From the NCBI GenBank assembly GCA_965205015.1, contig OZ242029.1, positions 416,001 through 480,000 of the forward strand: a stretch of 64,000 bases of DNA. The letters run 5' to 3'. Shown piece after piece: positions 49,123 to 57,848 of the stretch; the first letter of the stretch is position 1; each line of letters opens with the position of its first letter. The notes beneath the pieces are model-generated. The model saw only the letters and a list, made by a program, of their open reading frames with translations. It did no database searches and was not told the origin of the DNA. A program made the position numbers and the translations under genes. Source of the DNA: Candidatus Poribacteria bacterium (lineage in GTDB: Bacteria; Poribacteria; WGA-4E; WGA-3G).

Positions 49123-49353
49123 ATGAAAAAATTAGACCGAATCCAGATTAATCCCAAAATTTGTCTTGGGCAACCTGTAGTTCGTGGGACCCGAATCACG
49201 GTAAGCGTAATTCTCAAATTATTAGCCAGTGGTCGGTCGGTTGAGGATGTTATTGAACTATATCCAGAACTGGAAGTTGCTGATATTCAGGAGGCAATGA
49301 AATACGCTGCTTGGATAGTTTCAGATCAACTTTTAGATACGCAAGGGCTGTAG
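49123..49353 (+). CDS. DUF433 antitoxin
   Basis: GGAGG RBS; RIQINPKICLGQPVVRGTRITV..YPEL...DI. Confidence 0.9.
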   Translation: MKKLDRIQINPKICLGQPVVRGTRITVSVILKLLASGRSVEDVIELYPELEVADIQEAMKYAAWIVSDQLLDTQGL

Positions 49354-49364
49354 TAGGGATTTGA

Positions 49365-49739
49365 ATGACCTCGATTCGCTTTCTCGTCGATATGAATCTT
49401 TCACCAAGAATAGTTACTGATCTGCGTCAGCAGGGCTGGGATATTCTTCGAGTTTCGCAAGTTTTACCTATGGATGCTCCAGACTCTGAAATCCTTGAAT
49501 TTGCTCGCCAACAAAACCGTGTGATCATTACTCAGGATTTGGACTTTTCCTCATTACTGGCGTTGGGCGGTTATGAAAAACCCAGTTTAATCACTTTTCG
49601 CTTATCTGTCCCTGATCCTGAAACAATTACGTGGAAATTATTGGAACTTTTATCTGATATTGAAGAAGAATTATTGGCAGGCTGTGCAGTAGTCATCGAT
49701 GATCGGAGGGTGCGGGTTCGTCGCCTGCCGATCTTGTAG
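49365..49739 (+). CDS. DUF5615 PIN-like toxin
   Basis: FLVDMNLSP, DSEIL..A, IITQDLDF. Confidence 0.88.
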   Translation: MTSIRFLVDMNLSPRIVTDLRQQGWDILRVSQVLPMDAPDSEILEFARQQNRVIITQDLDFSSLLALGGYEKPSLITFRLSVPDPETITWKLLELLSDIEEELLAGCAVVIDDRRVRVRRLPIL

Positions 49740-49761
49740 GTTGAAACCCAGCAGAAACATT

Positions 49762-50658
49762 ATGAACTGGTCATCTCGTGTAAAACCTATCAAAATCCGT
49801 CAACTCTATCGGTATGCTCGACTTGGCATCTACGACGACACTTTACTACACGATGTAGGGTGGGAACTCTACGCTCGCTGTGTTGATATCGCTACAGTCG
49901 CCGACGTTTACCGAGGCGGACGTGTGCCGTGTCCGAAGTGTAGCACAAAGGTAACGCGCCGCATTGATCCACTCTTTAGTAGGGGTGAAGGTGGCACGCA
50001 CGAACACTGGTTTCGCTGCCCACACTGTACCGAGCGGCTGCTTTGGCGCGACTGCCGTCAGGCACTCCGAAACATCCCGCGATGTTTCGACTGTCGCACT
50101 GTTCTACAGAAAGAGGTTGTGTTGAGCTGCGCTTGTGGTAAAACATGGACCCAAGACGCTTATAAGCAATCGGTGAGAACCCGTGTCCTCTTACCCTGTC
50201 CGCACTGTTTTAATCTCGTCCGCAGACCAGATCCACCACCGATGGATCGAACTACCCAAAAACGACGATCCGAACCTGAGTTGCAATGTCCGAAGTGTCA
50301 AGGCATTGCAGTCCATCAGCACGGGAATATTGAATGTACAGTCTGTGGTTACAAACGTCGATGGCGGGATTACCGGAAGAGTTTAAAAAAGAAGGACGAG
50401 AAACTCGAATGCCCGAAGTGTCAACATGCCTTTAGATGGCAGGCGTGGCGTAAAAGCACCCGTTCACTCCGAACCGGCAATCCGAGACCCGCACGCGAAT
50501 TCGTTAAAAAGTGGCTCAGGTGCCGCACACCGCAACAGTGCATGATACAGATCGATACCCTACTTCAGACGCTGCACGGTAGGGGTCCGTTAGCACCCCT
50601 GTTTATTGACAGTGGTGAACACAACATCCGCCAGATGCTTGACGATCTGGCTTCATAA
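49762..50658 (+). CDS. basic multi-zinc-ribbon repeat protein of unknown function
   Basis: CPKC, CPHC, CFDC, CAC, CPHC, CPKC, CTVC, CPKC with repeating W-x2-[YWC]-R-x-[SA]-x-[RK] helices. Confidence 0.75.
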   Translation: MNWSSRVKPIKIRQLYRYARLGIYDDTLLHDVGWELYARCVDIATVADVYRGGRVPCPKCSTKVTRRIDPLFSRGEGGTHEHWFRCPHCTERLLWRDCRQALRNIPRCFDCRTVLQKEVVLSCACGKTWTQDAYKQSVRTRVLLPCPHCFNLVRRPDPPPMDRTTQKRRSEPELQCPKCQGIAVHQHGNIECTVCGYKRRWRDYRKSLKKKDEKLECPKCQHAFRWQAWRKSTRSLRTGNPRPAREFVKKWLRCRTPQQCMIQIDTLLQTLHGRGPLAPLFIDSGEHNIRQMLDDLAS

Positions 50659-50728
50659 AGGTAAACCAAATCCAGAAATAAAATAAGCGATTGCTAATTG
50701 ATGAAATTAGCAACGCAGGAGGAACACC

Positions 50729-51487
50729 ATGAAAGTTCTGTTTTTTGTGACCCTCATTATCAGCTTGGTGGTACCCGGCACACTTTGGGCGAAAAATCTG
50801 GCACTGGAGTTAGATGGCGCGACGGCTATCGAAGTCCCAAATAGCGACAGCCTAAATCCTAAAACCGCGATAACGATAGAGGCGTGGATGAACATGAGCA
50901 AACCCGTCGGTGAATGCCTTGCAAAGGACTGGGGCGGTCAAAGGGATTACATCTTTCCAGAAATTGTCCAAAATGGAAACGGATTACGGTTTGTCCTCTG
51001 GCCCGGCACAAAAATTCTGGATGTCCCTGGATTGGAGCCGAACAAATGGCAACATGTCGCTGGGGTCTGGGATGGTAAAGAGATGCGGACATATATTGAT
51101 GGGGAGGAGAAGGGGGCCGCACCTTTTGGAGCAAAGGAATTAGCCGCAACCGACGCTTCGCTGTATATCGGTGTCGGTGACAGTAAAAGTTGGTTCTGTA
51201 CGGGGTCGATTGATGAAATCCGTATCTGGGAAGTCGCTCGGACCGAAGAAGAGATTAACGAGTTCATGATGAAGGTCCTCAACGGCGATGAAGCGGGATT
51301 AAACGCACACTACACTTTCGATGAAGGCAACGCCAACGATAATACCAAAAACGGCAACGATGGCGACGGTGGGTTTGGAAAACCGAACTACATTGATGTT
51401 ACCAACGCCTTGGATCTTGAGCCGCTTTCTGTTGACCCAGAAGATAAATTGACGACAACATGGGCGTGGGTGAAACGAACCCGATAA
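50729..51487 (+). CDS. secreted LamG protein with TWG-like tail
   Basis: AGGAGG RBS; signal peptide; ITIEAW, KWQHVAGVWDG, GSIDEIRIW; ends SVDPEDKLTTTWAWVKRTR. Confidence 0.9.
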   Translation: MKVLFFVTLIISLVVPGTLWAKNLALELDGATAIEVPNSDSLNPKTAITIEAWMNMSKPVGECLAKDWGGQRDYIFPEIVQNGNGLRFVLWPGTKILDVPGLEPNKWQHVAGVWDGKEMRTYIDGEEKGAAPFGAKELAATDASLYIGVGDSKSWFCTGSIDEIRIWEVARTEEEINEFMMKVLNGDEAGLNAHYTFDEGNANDNTKNGNDGDGGFGKPNYIDVTNALDLEPLSVDPEDKLTTTWAWVKRTR

Positions 51488-51510
51488 TCCGTTTTTGGAG
51501 GAATCAGAAA

Positions 51511-52332
51511 TTGTATCAACTTTCAGATGAGATTCTTTCGTTCTATAGACAGACACAAGAATCGAAAAGACTTACAAATAACGTCAAAGGACAGATAGAA
51601 TTTACGCGGACGCAAGAGATCATCACACGCTATCTACCCGTGCCACCAGCAGTCGTTTTGGACATCGGTGGCGGTTCGGGGCCTTATGCCTGTTGGTTAG
51701 CAAAGGCAGGCTATGAGGTCCACCTCGTGGATCCAGTGGACCTACATATCGATCAGGCGAAAGAAGCTTCAAACCAACAGCCGGAACACCCGATTGCCAG
51801 TGTGTCGCTCGGTGACGCGCGGGACCTACGTTTTTCATCCATGTCCGCGGATGCCGTTCTGTTGTTGGGTCCCCTCTATCATCTGATTGATAAAAACGAA
51901 CGGCTACTTGTCCTCAGCGAGGCGCATCGTGTCCTGCGAAACGGTGGCGTTACGGTTGCCGCCGGTATCTCACGCTTTGCGTCTATGCTCGACAGTTTTT
52001 TTGAGGATCGATTCAGGATTCCTGTTCACATGGACATCGTTCAAAACGATCTTGAAACGGGGTACCATCGTAACCTGACTGAGGACCTTAATTATTTTAC
52101 GGATGCCTATCTTCACTGCCCGGAAGAACTCAGTTCCGAAGTGGTCGAAGCAGGTTTTCAGCATCAAGCAACACTTGCTGTGGAAGGACCCGCATGGCTT
52201 TTCAGGTCGGTTGAAAATTATTGGGCAGATTCCGACCAGCGTGCTATGGTCTTAAATATGATTCGCAAGATCGAAGCAGAGCCTTCAATACTCGGTATGA
52301 GCGCGCATATCCTCGCGATAGGCACGAAATAG
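51511..52332 (+). CDS. class I SAM-dependent methyltransferase
   Basis: GGAGG RBS, TTG start; VLDIGGGSG, GDARDL, LLGPLYHL. Confidence 0.9.
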   Translation: MYQLSDEILSFYRQTQESKRLTNNVKGQIEFTRTQEIITRYLPVPPAVVLDIGGGSGPYACWLAKAGYEVHLVDPVDLHIDQAKEASNQQPEHPIASVSLGDARDLRFSSMSADAVLLLGPLYHLIDKNERLLVLSEAHRVLRNGGVTVAAGISRFASMLDSFFEDRFRIPVHMDIVQNDLETGYHRNLTEDLNYFTDAYLHCPEELSSEVVEAGFQHQATLAVEGPAWLFRSVENYWADSDQRAMVLNMIRKIEAEPSILGMSAHILAIGTK

Positions 52333-52345
52333 AGGATGACTGATA

Positions 52346-53167
52346 ATGCCTGAAAATCAAGTGGTTCACAAGACGGAAATACCTGTCACAGTCGAGTCGC
52401 TGCAGGCGGATTTTGAAGATCTCGGCATTGAAAAGGGGATGACTTTACTCGTTCATTCGTCCTTGAGCGCGATCGGATGGGTCTGCGGCGGTCCCGTTGC
52501 CGTCATCATTGCACTTCAGGAAGTCTTAGGGGAAACTGGCACACTCGTGATGCCAACCCACTCGACCGACCTCAGTGATCCAAGCCAATGGGGGAATCCA
52601 CCCGTGCCGGAGTCGTGGTGGCAAACCATACGGGAGACGATGCCTGCCTACGCTCCCGATTTGACCCCGACCCGTTCCATGGGCACAATTGTCGAAACGT
52701 TCCGAAAGCAAAAAGGGGTTCTCCGCAGTGCACATCCACAGCATTCCTTTTGTGCAAAGGGTCCTCAAACATCCTATATCATCAATAACCATCCTTTGGC
52801 TTATGGCATGGGTGAAGACTCACCCCTTGCCAGAATCTATGATTTGTATGGTTCTGTCCTACTCCTCGGTGTTGGACATTCAAACAACACGTCCCTACAT
52901 CTCTCAGAATATCGAGCAGACTTTCCGGCCAAACGTATCGTCCGAGAAGGCGCTCCAGTCTCACAGGCGGGTTCAAGGGTATGGACAACCTTTGAAAATA
53001 TCGATGTAGACGCTTCGGATTTTGATCGGATCGGTGAAGACTTCCTGCGATCTGATGCCGGAAAAGTGGTTCGACACGGCAAGGTCGGCAACGCAAATTG
53101 CCAACTGATGCCACAACGTGTCGTAGTTGACTTTGCCGTCGATTGGCTTGAAAAAAATAGAACGTAG
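52346..53167 (+). CDS. AAC(3)/YokD family N-acetyltransferase
   Basis: LLVHSSLS, GTLVMPT, RSAHPQHSF, LLLGVG..NTSLHLSE. Confidence 0.92.
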   Translation: MPENQVVHKTEIPVTVESLQADFEDLGIEKGMTLLVHSSLSAIGWVCGGPVAVIIALQEVLGETGTLVMPTHSTDLSDPSQWGNPPVPESWWQTIRETMPAYAPDLTPTRSMGTIVETFRKQKGVLRSAHPQHSFCAKGPQTSYIINNHPLAYGMGEDSPLARIYDLYGSVLLLGVGHSNNTSLHLSEYRADFPAKRIVREGAPVSQAGSRVWTTFENIDVDASDFDRIGEDFLRSDAGKVVRHGKVGNANCQLMPQRVVVDFAVDWLEKNRT

Positions 53168-53192
53168 AAACAATTTGCTGAATCTAAAAAAA

Positions 53193-53221
53193 TTGATTTT
53201 TCGTTACGTATGTGTTATACT
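53193..53221 (+). promoter_or_regulatory. sigma70 promoter
   Basis: TTGATT-N17-TATACT. Confidence 0.55.
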
Positions 53222-53268
53222 GTAAATATCTGAACCTTAAGCGGAAAGGAAAATTAAAGAAGCGGTCT

Positions 53269-53724
53269 ATGGAAGAGAAACGGGGATCCTTATTTACCGT
53301 CCGAGACGCAGAAAGTGCCATCATTACCTATACGGTATTAGGACTCCTCTACATTATCGGGATATGTCTCTACGAACTTGTTGCCGGATGGAACGGCGTG
53401 CTGCAGCTGTTAGCGATGTTAGACGCAACGTTCCCGGTATTCAATCGGACTGCAATTGCGTTCATTGTCTTTAAAGAAGGAGTGGATATCATGCTAAGGC
53501 GTTTTAACGAATGGCGTGCTGAACATGCACAAAGCCTTGCAAAAGCGAAAGAACAAGGGATCGAACAAGGGATCGAACAAGGGATCGAACAAGGAATTGA
53601 GCAGGGGCGCGCAGAAGCATACCAAGCCATTGCGGCTTGGAATAGACGCAGACTCGCAGCCGAGGCGAAAGGTATTCCTTTCAATGAACCTCCCCCGTCA
53701 CAGAACGGAAGCGAACACGGATAG
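53269..53724 (+). CDS. membrane protein with EQGI tandem repeats
   Basis: hydrophobic N-terminal half; GAACAAGGGATC x3 plus 2 variants at 53551-53607; ends WNRRRLAAEAKGIPFNEPPP. Confidence 0.7.
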   Translation: MEEKRGSLFTVRDAESAIITYTVLGLLYIIGICLYELVAGWNGVLQLLAMLDATFPVFNRTAIAFIVFKEGVDIMLRRFNEWRAEHAQSLAKAKEQGIEQGIEQGIEQGIEQGRAEAYQAIAAWNRRRLAAEAKGIPFNEPPPSQNGSEHG

Positions 53725-53742
53725 GCACAAGGAGGAACACGG

Positions 53743-54786
53743 ATGACAGCATTAAAAGAACTTCGCGTATCCAACGATGCGATGAACGATCCGGAAGAAT
53801 TGCGTCACCGGATCTCGGAAGAAGGATATGTTTTCTTCAAGAAGCTGCAAGATCCCGACAAACTCTGGGCGTTGCGGCGAGAAATGCTAACAACGATGCA
53901 GGAAGGCGGTTGGCTCATCGCAGGGACCGACCCCCTGGACGGTATCGCCGATATATCCACCCAGTGTACCGAAGGCGACCCGGAATACACGGATGTGTAC
54001 CATGAGGTGTATAAGTTAGAGGCGTTTCACCGTTCCGGGCATTGGCACGAAGTCGTCGATATGGTCGAGAAGATTGTCGGTAGAGAGGTGCTACCGCATC
54101 CACAGAAGATTGCGCGCCTCTGGTTTCCTCAGTACACGGCGCACACCACACCGATACACCAAGACTTCGTTCACTTCCAAGGGAATTTCCAGACCTATAC
54201 CTGCTGGGCACCCATCGGGGATTGTCCCATAGAATTGGGAGGCTTGGCAGTCCTACCCGGTTCCCATAAAGTCAATAAGGTCATGGAACACCACTTCTCA
54301 CTCGGGGCTGGGAGTTTGTGCGTTAATGAGGACGAGTTGTCGGGTGAATGGCACTCCACGAACTATGAGGTTGGCGATACGCTCATTTTTCCTGCTTTGA
54401 CGATTCACAAAGCATTGCCAAATCTAACCGAGGATCGGCTCCGCGTCTCGCTCGACAACCGCTATCAGGCTGCCGATGACCCGATCGCTGAGCACATGCT
54501 TGAACCGCACCTGAACATTTTCAACTCCCTCACGTGGGAACATGTCTACCGCAATTGGGAGTCCGATGAACTGAAGTATTATTGGAAAGACCGGGATCTG
54601 ACGGTTCTCCCAAGGGATTTCAGTTACGGAAACAAAGGGTTTGAGGAAGCGTTGGAGTTGGCAAGCAACGGAGATGAACGCGCCATCCTACACTTAAACC
54701 GAGCGGTCAAGCGCGATGCCACGACCGAATTGGCACAGCGAGCGGCGGCAATCCTGCAAGAAATCAACGCCGGGACTGTTCAATAA
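53743..54786 (+). CDS. phytanoyl-CoA dioxygenase (PhyH) family protein
   Basis: EEGYVFF, TPIHQD, LAVLPGSH, TIHKA..N...R.S. Confidence 0.9.
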   Translation: MTALKELRVSNDAMNDPEELRHRISEEGYVFFKKLQDPDKLWALRREMLTTMQEGGWLIAGTDPLDGIADISTQCTEGDPEYTDVYHEVYKLEAFHRSGHWHEVVDMVEKIVGREVLPHPQKIARLWFPQYTAHTTPIHQDFVHFQGNFQTYTCWAPIGDCPIELGGLAVLPGSHKVNKVMEHHFSLGAGSLCVNEDELSGEWHSTNYEVGDTLIFPALTIHKALPNLTEDRLRVSLDNRYQAADDPIAEHMLEPHLNIFNSLTWEHVYRNWESDELKYYWKDRDLTVLPRDFSYGNKGFEEALELASNGDERAILHLNRAVKRDATTELAQRAAAILQEINAGTVQ

Positions 54787-55190
54787 TGGAGTTCCATTAC
54801 CAAGACATCGTGCCGTGGGGGAGATCGTTTGACGAATATTTGGGTATGTTTAATCTCTCCGAGGACGACTTGGCGCGGGACCTTGTTGATGTAGGCGGCG
54901 GTCCCGCGTCGTTCAATTCCTTGATGCACCAGCGCGGCACGCCGATCGTCTCCGTGGATCCGATTTATCGGTATTCTGAGGCAGAATTGCGCCAGCGAAT
55001 TCAGGACACCTACGACGATGTCATCGCCCAAGCCCAACAGAATCAAGGTGATAGCACCCACTGCCTAAAGGAGACCGGGGCTTCGGTTTCGTAGCAACTG
55101 CGGTTTTCTCTAAGAGTCCACCGTCTAACTGTTGCTCCACCCGCGGGCATTTCCCTGATACTCTGAAATAGGTGAGTATCAGGCATATCG

Positions 55191-56303
55191 TCAAGTGACG
55201 GCTATCCCTGCCCGCAAAATGTTTATTGCAGCGTTGATGTCTCGGTCATGGTGAGAACCACAATCGGGACACGTCCACTGCCTATCTGAAAGGGTTAGGG
55301 TTTCGTTGTGAAAACCACAATCACTGCACGGCTTTGTCGTAGCAGTCCATTGTCCGACTTGTTTCAAAAGACGCTTATGCTTGCTACATTTATACTTCAA
55401 TATCTCAACAAACTGGTAGAAAGCAAGATCAGAGACTTTACGTCCCCAAAGCCGTTTCATGCCCTCAAGATTCAAGGTTTCAATGGCGATGGTATCGAAC
55501 CTTTTACAAAGTTCAGTGGCAAGCTGCCAATGAAAATCTTTGCGTTGATTCGTGATTTTCCGATAGAGGCGTGCGAGTTGTCGAACACAGCGCCACCAGC
55601 CATTAGAACCTTTTACTTTACGAGAAAGCGATTTGTTGAGGGTTCGCAATTTGTTCAAGGAGTGTTTCAAAGGTTGTGGGTGTTGTTTCTTTTCACCCGT
55701 GCTCAGCGTCAAAAATGCGTCTTTCATACCGAAGTCCGCCCCAACGCTTTCACCTGTTGTCGGCAGACGTTTCATATCCGTGTAGTCCGTGGTTATACAA
55801 AGCCAATAATCACCGCAGTTATCACGCTTTACCGTGATATATCTAATAAACCCGTGCCACTGGCGGTGTTTGTGAAAAGTGTAAGGCATGCGGTCAAATC
55901 GCCATTTACCGTTTTCCCATTTACAGAAGGTCAGTGTAATCCGATTATTTTTCAGTTTCCAACCTGCCTGACCGGGAAAGGTAACAGACTTAAACTTATG
56001 CCGTTTCTTAATTTTCGGTCTGCCACCCAGTTTCTTGAAAAAACGAACGTATGCTTTGTCAATACGTCTCAATTCCTGCTGAACCGCTTGACTCGGCAAG
56101 GACCTCCAATGTGGGTGTGTTGTCCGCTTGAGTTCTTTAAAGTGGCTATCCATAGCGTTATAGTTCGCATACGGCAGCCCGTCTTTATACCTTTGACGGT
56201 GCCACCTATGGAAGTATTCATGCACTTGCCACATATCGTCAAGCATGTTGCCAATGCGGATACAATTCGATTGATCGCCAAACTTATATTTATACGTTTT
56301 CAT
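55191..56303 (-). CDS. tnpB: RNA-guided endonuclease TnpB
   Basis: GADFG, IETLNL, CSDC..CPDC zinc finger, DRDINAAINI; D-E-D triad intact. Confidence 0.95.
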   Translation of the reverse strand: MKTYKYKFGDQSNCIRIGNMLDDMWQVHEYFHRWHRQRYKDGLPYANYNAMDSHFKELKRTTHPHWRSLPSQAVQQELRRIDKAYVRFFKKLGGRPKIKKRHKFKSVTFPGQAGWKLKNNRITLTFCKWENGKWRFDRMPYTFHKHRQWHGFIRYITVKRDNCGDYWLCITTDYTDMKRLPTTGESVGADFGMKDAFLTLSTGEKKQHPQPLKHSLNKLRTLNKSLSRKVKGSNGWWRCVRQLARLYRKITNQRKDFHWQLATELCKRFDTIAIETLNLEGMKRLWGRKVSDLAFYQFVEILKYKCSKHKRLLKQVGQWTATTKPCSDCGFHNETLTLSDRQWTCPDCGSHHDRDINAAINILRAGIAVT

Positions 56304-56400
56304 GGACTATCAAGTATCAAGTCTTTAACCCCTGTTCAGTGGGTAGGCAGACACACAATCAAGCGATTGTGCTGAACACGTCTGCCAACTTGATGCTTTA

Positions 56401-56429
56401 ATTATACTACATTTTTGACTAAATGTCAA
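56401..56429 (-). promoter_or_regulatory. sigma70 promoter of tnpB
   Basis: minus strand TTGACA-N17-TATAAT. Confidence 0.8.
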
Positions 56430-56486
56430 ATCTTTTTCGACAACAAAACCTAATGCCCGTCTACATCCCGCAAGCTAAAGCATGGG

Positions 56487-57848
56487 GTCACTTACCCCCA
56501 TTTTTTTTCGAGAGTAGATTGTAGTTGATGTAGTCAGGTTTTTCTGTGAGAAAGTCAGTCAGTGAGTGGGTCCGAAAAGTGGATCCCCTCTGGCACCTAT
56601 CTCGGTGAAAAAGGAGATAAGAAAGTGTTGGTTCCATAAGTCGGTGAGCACGCGTTTGATAATAGTAATAACAGAAAAAGTTTTTCTGTTATTACTATTA
56701 TATGCCCTCTGCCAATGCGTAGAGGCGACCTTCTCGTAACTGATAAACAGCAATCCATAAGCGAGGCAGGCACATAACCAAAGGACCTCCAGACGCGCTT
56801 GTGTCGGTTTTTTCAAGACGAGTTTACCAAATCCGAAGCACGACTTTATATCTCGAAACCCGTGTTCAATCTGCATGCGGCGTTTGTAGCAGTGATGTAT
56901 CTGATGTCCACTGAGGCGATTGGAGATAAGATACATCGGGTCTTTGAAGGTCTCATCTCTGAGGATATAGAGTTGAAGCGGTATCTGCTCCTGCGCCTGA
57001 TAAAGGATATGCCGATACCAGCCCGCTTCGAGGTCATCAAGTTTCTTCAGACTCCCATCATGCCGGATACCGACATTTCTCGCAACACGCATCACGAACG
57101 GGATATCCCGTGCCTTGAGAAACTTGATGACGTATCGCGCACGCCCAAAACCACGGTCAAACACCAGAACAGGTCGTTGTTGATGCCGCGACACCACCCC
57201 TAAAGCCTCTTGATAAACATGGACACAGAAGTATTGGATAATCTCATTATGACTCTTATAGATACCCTCGTGAAGCTGGTGATCGCTATAGATGAACCAA
57301 AAGACAGGGATCGCACGATGCCGAAACGGGATCGAAACAACAAGGGCTTTCCACCCGGCAATCAGAGACGTCTCATCAACGAGCAAATACAGATGAGCAC
57401 CCGCATCCTTGAAAAACCAACCCACAACCGACACGAACCACGCTTCTTTGAGCGCATCAATCGGCAGTGGGGTGTCAAGGAAACGCAGAAACCTTTTCTG
57501 TTTCGACTTCTCCCGCTTGACGACGAGCGACAAACGCGACGCAACTTCATTGATCCGAAACGTCGGGGCAACACTGATCGCTATCAAGACCAATACCAGA
57601 TTCCGAAAAACCGGTTTTTTCATACCAACAGACTTGAAGATTTCTCCAAAACGTGTTATCATCGTTTCTGGATTTACCCGTTTTGGGTATCTCTTTTTCA
57701 TAAAATACCTCCTTACATGTTTTGTAAAATGCGTTTACAAACAGTTGCTGTAAGGAGGTATTTTATCATAAACCCACTGAGTTTCTCACACTTTTTACAA
57801 CTAAAACCTTTCACCACAAACCTTCAGAAAAAAATGGGGGTAAGTGAC
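56487..57848 (-). mobile_element. IS4-like insertion sequence
   Basis: perfect 21-bp TIR GTCACTTACCCCCATTTTTTT; 10-bp duplication AAAGCATGGG at 56477-56486 and 57849-57858. Confidence 0.92.
56559..57701 (-). CDS. IS4-like DDE transposase
   Basis: LLVDET, RAIP, VFDRGF, YKRRMQIEHGFRDIK (YREK signature). Confidence 0.9.
   Translation of the reverse strand: MKKRYPKRVNPETMITRFGEIFKSVGMKKPVFRNLVLVLIAISVAPTFRINEVASRLSLVVKREKSKQKRFLRFLDTPLPIDALKEAWFVSVVGWFFKDAGAHLYLLVDETSLIAGWKALVVSIPFRHRAIPVFWFIYSDHQLHEGIYKSHNEIIQYFCVHVYQEALGVVSRHQQRPVLVFDRGFGRARYVIKFLKARDIPFVMRVARNVGIRHDGSLKKLDDLEAGWYRHILYQAQEQIPLQLYILRDETFKDPMYLISNRLSGHQIHHCYKRRMQIEHGFRDIKSCFGFGKLVLKKPTQARLEVLWLCACLAYGLLFISYEKVASTHWQRAYNSNNRKTFSVITIIKRVLTDLWNQHFLISFFTEIGARGDPLFGPTH

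Noticed and set aside
52346-53167. Acquired aminoglycoside resistance gene
   Set aside because: It resembles the widespread chromosomal YokD-like family, with no integron or transposon context; substrate unknown.
55308-56375. 355-aa plus-strand ORF
   Set aside because: Antisense shadow of tnpB with no motifs or RBS.
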